A stretch of DNA of 54,852 nucleotides from Flammeovirgaceae bacterium (GTDB lineage: Bacteria; Bacteroidota; Bacteroidia; Cytophagales; Flammeovirgaceae): contig JAHQVQ010000298.1 of NCBI GenBank assembly GCA_019634305.1, forward strand, positions 1-54,852. Direction: 5' to 3'. Position numbers and translations under genes: made by a program. The notes beneath the pieces were generated by a model. The model was not told the DNA's origin, did not search any database, and was given only the letters and a program-made list of their open reading frames with translations. The first letter of the stretch is position 1. Every line of letters starts with the position of its first letter. This document shows, piece after piece, positions 49,432 through 54,852 of the stretch.

Positions 49432-51615
49432 TTAATCGTTTCCTTCTGAAGTTCCTTTTTCTTTGTATAACTCAAACTTTGAAGGTAATTCCTTACTTGG
49501 CCAGCCATTATTGGTCACATCGGTATCTGCAGTTTCTTCAAATGGATCAAGCTTGATACTAGCAACTTCTTTGTCAGAAGGGAATACTTTCACAACTTTC
49601 TCAGCATTTTTTCTCCAAATCTCTGCAGGAATCCTTTTAATTTCTTTAGAACCGTCTTTGTAAGTAAATTCTAAAATTACAGGCATAACTAAGCCACCTA
49701 CATTTTCAAGGGTCAATTCATAGAAATATGGTTTTTCCGCTACCCTGTTTTTTTGATCATCTGAAATTCCTGAAACATAAAACTTATTAAACTCATCATC
49801 AGGAGTGACTGCAGCTGGCGCTTCAGGAGCATCTTTTGGAGCTTCATCAGTTCTCATTTGGAACTTTCTGATTTGAGATAAAGAAATATCTACATGGTCT
49901 ACACCATAAAACCATCCTCTCCAAAACCAATCTAAATCCACACCTGAGGCATCCTCCATAGTTCTGAAAAAGTCAGAAGGAGTAGGATGTTTAAACATCC
50001 ATCTTTGGCTATATTCTTTAAAAGCTTTGTCGAATAATTCCTTACCCATTACAGTTTCTCTCAAAATATTAAGCGCAGTTGCAGGCTTTGCATATGCATT
50101 ATAACCAAGACTTTGTACTTGTTCGGAGTTGGTCATAATCGGGCTGATTAATTCCTTGTCCATGGACATGTAAGGCACAATGTTTTTAGGAGGTCCTCCT
50201 CTAAATGGATAATCTTTTTCTTTAGGGTTATTGGCTGCCCATTCTACCTCTGTTAAGTATTGAAGGAAACTATCAAGTCCTTCGTCCATCCATGTCCACT
50301 GTCTTTCATCCGAGTTCACAATCATTGGAAAAAAGTTATGACCAACTTCATGAATCACCACCATGATCATTTTGTATTTTTCACTATCTGGAACAGTCCC
50401 ATCTTTATCTGGTCTTCCAAAATTGAAACAAATCATAGGATATTCCATCCCAATTTGTGCAGCATGAACAGAAATCGCTTTGTGATATGGATAGTCAAAA
50501 GTGTATTTTGAGTAAGTTTCTAAAGTATGTGCTACAACTCTGGTAGAATATTCTTCCCAAAGTGGATTTCCCTCTTTCGGATAGTAAGACATAGCCATTA
50601 CTGTTCTGCCATTAAGGTCAACACCCATAGCATCCCAGATGAATTTTCGAGAGCTTGCAAAAGCAAAGTCCCTTACACTATCTGCTTTAAATACCCAGGT
50701 TTTAGTATCTGTAGCCCTGGTTTTTTCTGCTTTTTCGGCTTCACTTTGGGTAACAATAATTACCGGCTCGTCTGCTTTTTCAGCCTTTTTAAATCTTTTG
50801 ATTTGTTCTTTAGTAAGAACATCATCCTGATTAGATAATTTACCTGTAGCCGCTACTACATGATCCGAAGGAACTGTGATAGAAACATCGAAAGAACCAA
50901 ATGGAAGTGTAAACTCACCTGATCCTAAAAATTGTTTGTTTTGCCATCCAGCATAATCGCTATACACACACATTCTTGGATAGAATTGAGCAATAGTATA
51001 AAGGTAATTGTCATCTTCCTCAAAATATTCATAACCAGATCGACCACCAATAGCCATCCTGTCATTAATATTATAAGACCAATCTACTTTAAAAGAAAAA
51101 GATTCTCCTGGGTTCAATGCCTTAGGCATATCTACCGACATCATGGTTTGATTGATAGTAAATGGAAGTGCTTTTCCATTTTCATCTGTTACCTTTCCTA
51201 TTTTAAACCCACCATCAAACTCAGGGTCAAGCATTTTATTTAAAAAATAAGAATGGGTTTCGTGTTTTATAGAACTGGTAGCAGTACTATAGGTATGCGA
51301 TTCTTTACTTCGCATATTTTGGTCAAGCTGTAGCCATAGATAATTTAAAACATCGGGAGAGTTATTGGTATAGGTAATAGTTTCAGAGCCCTTTAAGGAT
51401 TGATCGGCATCATTCAACTCAATAGAGATTTTATAATCTGCCTGATTTTGCCAGTATTTATGACCTGGAGCCCCTGAAGCAGCTCTGTATTCATTAGGAT
51501 CAGCTAATTCGTAATCCAACTGTTCGAACTTGTCCGTATGCTTTCCTCCCTGGGCAAATAATCCATTTGAGAAAAGAATGATTACGGAAAGTGGTAAAAA
51601 CCAAATTTTCCTCAT
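49432..51615 (-). CDS. Secreted M1 family zinc metallopeptidase, paralog 1
   Basis: Signal peptide, IGMEYPM and HEVGHNFF...WMDEG. Colinear with and highly similar to 46655-48859. Confidence 0.9.
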   Translation of the reverse strand: MRKIWFLPLSVIILFSNGLFAQGGKHTDKFEQLDYELADPNEYRAASGAPGHKYWQNQADYKISIELNDADQSLKGSETITYTNNSPDVLNYLWLQLDQNMRSKESHTYSTATSSIKHETHSYFLNKMLDPEFDGGFKIGKVTDENGKALPFTINQTMMSVDMPKALNPGESFSFKVDWSYNINDRMAIGGRSGYEYFEEDDNYLYTIAQFYPRMCVYSDYAGWQNKQFLGSGEFTLPFGSFDVSITVPSDHVVAATGKLSNQDDVLTKEQIKRFKKAEKADEPVIIVTQSEAEKAEKTRATDTKTWVFKADSVRDFAFASSRKFIWDAMGVDLNGRTVMAMSYYPKEGNPLWEEYSTRVVAHTLETYSKYTFDYPYHKAISVHAAQIGMEYPMICFNFGRPDKDGTVPDSEKYKMIMVVIHEVGHNFFPMIVNSDERQWTWMDEGLDSFLQYLTEVEWAANNPKEKDYPFRGGPPKNIVPYMSMDKELISPIMTNSEQVQSLGYNAYAKPATALNILRETVMGKELFDKAFKEYSQRWMFKHPTPSDFFRTMEDASGVDLDWFWRGWFYGVDHVDISLSQIRKFQMRTDEAPKDAPEAPAAVTPDDEFNKFYVSGISDDQKNRVAEKPYFYELTLENVGGLVMPVILEFTYKDGSKEIKRIPAEIWRKNAEKVVKVFPSDKEVASIKLDPFEETADTDVTNNGWPSKELPSKFELYKEKGTSEGND

Positions 51616-51897
51616 AATTGTTTGTTGTTGTAAACTAAAATAATTGTTTGTGATATAATTGCAATATTGGACAAAAAATAGGAAAGGGGAAATACAATTA
51701 GTTATTATTGGTTTGAAAATGTTTTAAATGGACTAATTTTGAGTTTTATAGCGAACCGTTATGGGATTTTAGGGAGAAACTATTGTAAGTATTTTAATTT
51801 TTGGTGGCAAATGATTTTCTTCTTCCCAAGACATTTTCTTTTGAGTATAATTTAGCATCCAGTCTTCAGTTTGATTGGAAAATTAACCTATTAAATA

Positions 51898-53118
51898 TTG
51901 AGAGTTTTAGTCATTGGGGGAGGGGCAGCCGGATTTTTTGCTGCCATTAATTGTGCTTCTAAATACCCGAATTTTCAGGTTGATCTTTTTGAAAAGTCTC
52001 GAAACTTGCTTTCAAAAGTAAAAGTTTCAGGAGGAGGAAGATGTAATTTAACCCATTCCTGTTTTGAAATATCCCGCCTTGTAAAGCATTATCCCAGAGG
52101 AGCCAAGCAATTGAAAAAAGCTTTTAATTCCTTTATGACTACTGATACAATTGAGTGGTTCGAAAACCGGGGAGTAAAAACCAAAACCGAAGCGGATGGC
52201 AGAATGTTTCCAACCAGCGATAATTCCCAAACCATAATCAATTGCCTCGTTGGGCAGGCAAGGAAATATAATGTGAATATTTTCACAAGTTGTGCAGTCA
52301 ATCAGATTAACCCCACTTTTGGAAATAGAAATGGATTTAAAGTATCTACTAAAGAAAGAAAGGATATTTTTTATGATAAAATAATAATTGCCACTGGAGG
52401 CAGTCCAAAGCTTTCAGGTTTTAATTGGTTAAAGGAGTTGGACCATGAAATTATAGACCCTGTTCCCTCTTTATTTACATTTAATATGCCCAAAAATCCC
52501 ATTACCAAATTGATGGGATTATCGGTGAATGATGCCAGAGTGAAAATTATGAGCTCCAAATTCAGTCAGGAAGGGCCGCTGTTAATTACCCACTGGGGAA
52601 TGAGTGGGCCGGCTGTACTAAAACTTTCTGCCTGGGGGGCAAGGCTTTTACAAGAAAAGCAATATCAGTTTTCAATTCAGGTATCCTGGGTTCCTGATCA
52701 AAATGATGAGCAATTACAGAAAGTTTTTGCTGATTTAAAATTGCAATCTCCCAAAAAACGAATAGGAAATAGCAACATACTGAAACTTCCTTCCCGCCTT
52801 TGGGATTTTATGTTAGAAAAAGCCCAGATTCCGGTTCAAAAAATTTGTGGAGAGCTTTCAAAAAAGGATATCAACCGCCTTATAAATTTACTCACCAATG
52901 ATGTATATGAAGTAAATGGGAAAACCACATTCAAAGAAGAGTTTGTAACCTGTGGGGGTGTGAGTCTGGGAGAGGTAGATTTTAAAACTATGGAAAGTCG
53001 CAAATGCCCCGGAATTCATTTTGCCGGAGAAGTGCTTGACATAGATGGTGTAACCGGAGGGTTTAACTTTCAAGCTGCTTGGACCACAGGTTTTATTGCC
53101 GGTACTTCAATTGCCTGA
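51898..53118 (+). CDS. NAD(P)/FAD-dependent oxidoreductase, HI0933/YhiN/BaiN family
   Basis: GGGAAG, KVKVSGGGRCN, LITHWGMSGP, VTCGGV and GEVLDIDGVTGGFNFQAAW motifs. Confidence 0.92.
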   Translation: MRVLVIGGGAAGFFAAINCASKYPNFQVDLFEKSRNLLSKVKVSGGGRCNLTHSCFEISRLVKHYPRGAKQLKKAFNSFMTTDTIEWFENRGVKTKTEADGRMFPTSDNSQTIINCLVGQARKYNVNIFTSCAVNQINPTFGNRNGFKVSTKERKDIFYDKIIIATGGSPKLSGFNWLKELDHEIIDPVPSLFTFNMPKNPITKLMGLSVNDARVKIMSSKFSQEGPLLITHWGMSGPAVLKLSAWGARLLQEKQYQFSIQVSWVPDQNDEQLQKVFADLKLQSPKKRIGNSNILKLPSRLWDFMLEKAQIPVQKICGELSKKDINRLINLLTNDVYEVNGKTTFKEEFVTCGGVSLGEVDFKTMESRKCPGIHFAGEVLDIDGVTGGFNFQAAWTTGFIAGTSIA

Positions 53119-53479
53119 AATTTTAATAATTATCCCTAAATACTTACCTTGTTTGCTATAATGTGATCAATACTTATTGAGATTTGGATGTAATACCAAA
53201 TAATGCAGCCTATAAAGTGAATGAAAACAGATCTTTTGATAAATTCTCCGTGGGATTCCTCTTTTACCGATTTTCCACAATAAAACTATTTCAAGATTTC
53301 ATTTTATCAAATAAAGTTAAACTGGTATTTTATTTTTTTAAATAAGTTGATAATGGTGCTGTTAATTTGATAATAGTATAAATACTTACATAATCAGGAT
53401 GTAATAATGATATTATATCTAAAATCTGTATTGCTTTTGGTGGTTTATTCTGAAGAGTCACTTTAATAACAAACAATAC

Positions 53480-54852
53480 ATGATTTTTTCAAAGTGTAAA
53501 ATCCTTTTGGTTTTACAATTATCTTTAGTGTTTAATTGTTTTGCCCAATTATCCGATGATTTTAATAGAGATTCACTTGAATCTGGATTGGTTATCTGGA
53601 ATCAGGGACTTTCATCTGGCATGACAGGAGAATTTTTGATTGAAAGTAATGAATTAAGGGCTGTTTTTGATAATGGTAGCGGAACAAGAGCTGCCTATAT
53701 CTCTACAGAAATTCACCCTGATTTACAAGCCTATACTTTAAAATGGAATGGCAAAATCAAATTAGATTTCTCGAATCTCTCTTCTTCATTGGTCTCTAAA
53801 AATCTAGGTACTTATTATCTAATGAGTGATAAACTAAACTTATTAGATAATCCTTACGGTTTTTTCCTGGAATTCAAACTTGTACCTGCTGAAGATTCAT
53901 TGACCTGTGAACTGATGTTTGAATCGAGTGAAGGTAAAACTGAATTACAGTTCGAAAATCAGGAAATTAAATTTAAAGCTCAGGAATATTTGAGTTTTGA
54001 AGTTACCAGGAATCCTGATGGAGATTGGAAAGTTTGGATAAATGATCATTATTTAGGCCGGACAAATTTTCCGTTGCTTGAAATAGTAAATGCTGCAGGA
54101 TTACAAATTCAATATTCTTCTGGCTCAAGAGAGAATAAGTTTTTCATGGATGATTTTTCCTTAGATTATAATCCCTTTTTTGACAGTCTTTCTGTAAGTA
54201 GTCCAAATGAACTAGAATTGTTTTGCAAATCTGCTATAGATTCCCCATCAGTCTTTATATTAGAAAATTATTTCCTGAACGATTCTATAAATCCAGAAAT
54301 GGTTTCATTTGATAATGAAGTTCCTGAAAAAATCAAACTGCATTTTTCATCAGAATTTATTCCTGACTATTTAAACACACTTTCTATTAAGGAAATAAAG
54401 GATGAAAACGGATATGAAATTTCCGAGGAAAGACCTCAAAATTTAATTTTCACCTATTCCCAGCCAGATTTATCCCCACCTGAAATCTTTGAAATTTCCG
54501 GGATCGAAAAGAACCGAATTATTATCAATTTTAATGAGGCTGTTGTAGTAGATACTTCCAGGCTTCAGGATATTTTTAAAATCCTTGAAACAGAAAATCA
54601 AATCATTCAATTTCAAGTGGATAGCCTAGATTCAAAAAAGCTAAAACTATCCTTTCAGTATGAATTTAAAGTCGGGAACTCCTATACTTTAAAGGTAAGT
54701 CAGTTAGCTGATGCGGAGGGAAATATACAAACAGGTCAGGATGCTAATTTTGTGTTTAGTGATAATTTTCCTCCCGGATTAGAGAAAATTGAGGTGCTAT
54801 CTGGAAAGTCATTGAAGTTAATATTTTCAGAACCTTTGGATGAACTACAGGC
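53480..54852 (+). CDS. Large secreted protein with Ig-like (Big_5/SbsA-type) repeats (partial; runs off the window edge)
   Basis: Manual translation from ATG 53480 stays open to the edge: signal peptide MIFSKCKILLVLQLSLVFNCFA|QLSDDF, a beta-rich N-domain, then repeats D..PP...F.E.(V/L) and YTLKV..LAD..GN. Not in the ORF track. Confidence 0.8.
   Translation, partial: MIFSKCKILLVLQLSLVFNCFAQLSDDFNRDSLESGLVIWNQGLSSGMTGEFLIESNELRAVFDNGSGTRAAYISTEIHPDLQAYTLKWNGKIKLDFSNLSSSLVSKNLGTYYLMSDKLNLLDNPYGFFLEFKLVPAEDSLTCELMFESSEGKTELQFENQEIKFKAQEYLSFEVTRNPDGDWKVWINDHYLGRTNFPLLEIVNAAGLQIQYSSGSRENKFFMDDFSLDYNPFFDSLSVSSPNELELFCKSAIDSPSVFILENYFLNDSINPEMVSFDNEVPEKIKLHFSSEFIPDYLNTLSIKEIKDENGYEISEERPQNLIFTYSQPDLSPPEIFEISGIEKNRIIINFNEAVVVDTSRLQDIFKILETENQIIQFQVDSLDSKKLKLSFQYEFKVGNSYTLKVSQLADAEGNIQTGQDANFVFSDNFPPGLEKIEVLSGKSLKLIFSEPLDELQ

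Noticed and set aside
1129-53073. Many 60-115 aa ORFs overlapping larger genes (e.g. 8873-9220, 31306-31653, 46689-46889, 49463-49663)
   Set aside because: They are antisense or out-of-frame shadows of well-supported genes. The similar pair 46689/49463 merely mirrors the duplicated M1 genes.
53221-53283. 20-codon ORF MKTDLLINSPWDSSFTDFPQ in the intergenic region
   Set aside because: No supporting terminator or promoter, and the length is within chance expectation.
1-54852. CRISPR arrays, tRNA/rRNA genes, prophage, integrase or defence systems
   Set aside because: No regularly spaced direct repeats, cloverleaf motifs or corresponding protein motifs were seen.

Overview
AT-rich chromosomal window from a Bacteroidota genome, probably Cytophagales. 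This is inferred from the long SecA, a T9SS sorting signal, Bat genes, the fused trehalose synthase/phosphatase and TAnnTTTG promoters. Content is mostly core or housekeeping: cobB (partial), menA, scoB, uxs/ugd, Sua5/YciO, secA, DUF58-batA, rsmF, glyA, tatC, mrdA, rpoC, tpsp, rnhA, three M1 aminopeptidases, a Gfo/TIM-barrel/MFS sugar module and a partial large Ig-repeat surface protein. I saw no rRNA, tRNA, CRISPR array, prophage or intact transposase. The most unusual observations are: (1) a full-length rpoC standing alone with its own promoter and terminator and no rpoB upstream, alongside other operon orphans (scoB, mrdA, batA); (2) a 160-bp palindromic MITE-like element with strand-biased G-U pairing between two tandem M1 peptidase paralogs; (3) a T9SS substrate that is almost only signal peptide plus sorting domain, next to an unannotated 27-codon ORF with its own terminator; (4) two candidate structured non-coding RNAs. 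I cannot demonstrate a complete novel multi-gene system from sequence alone.
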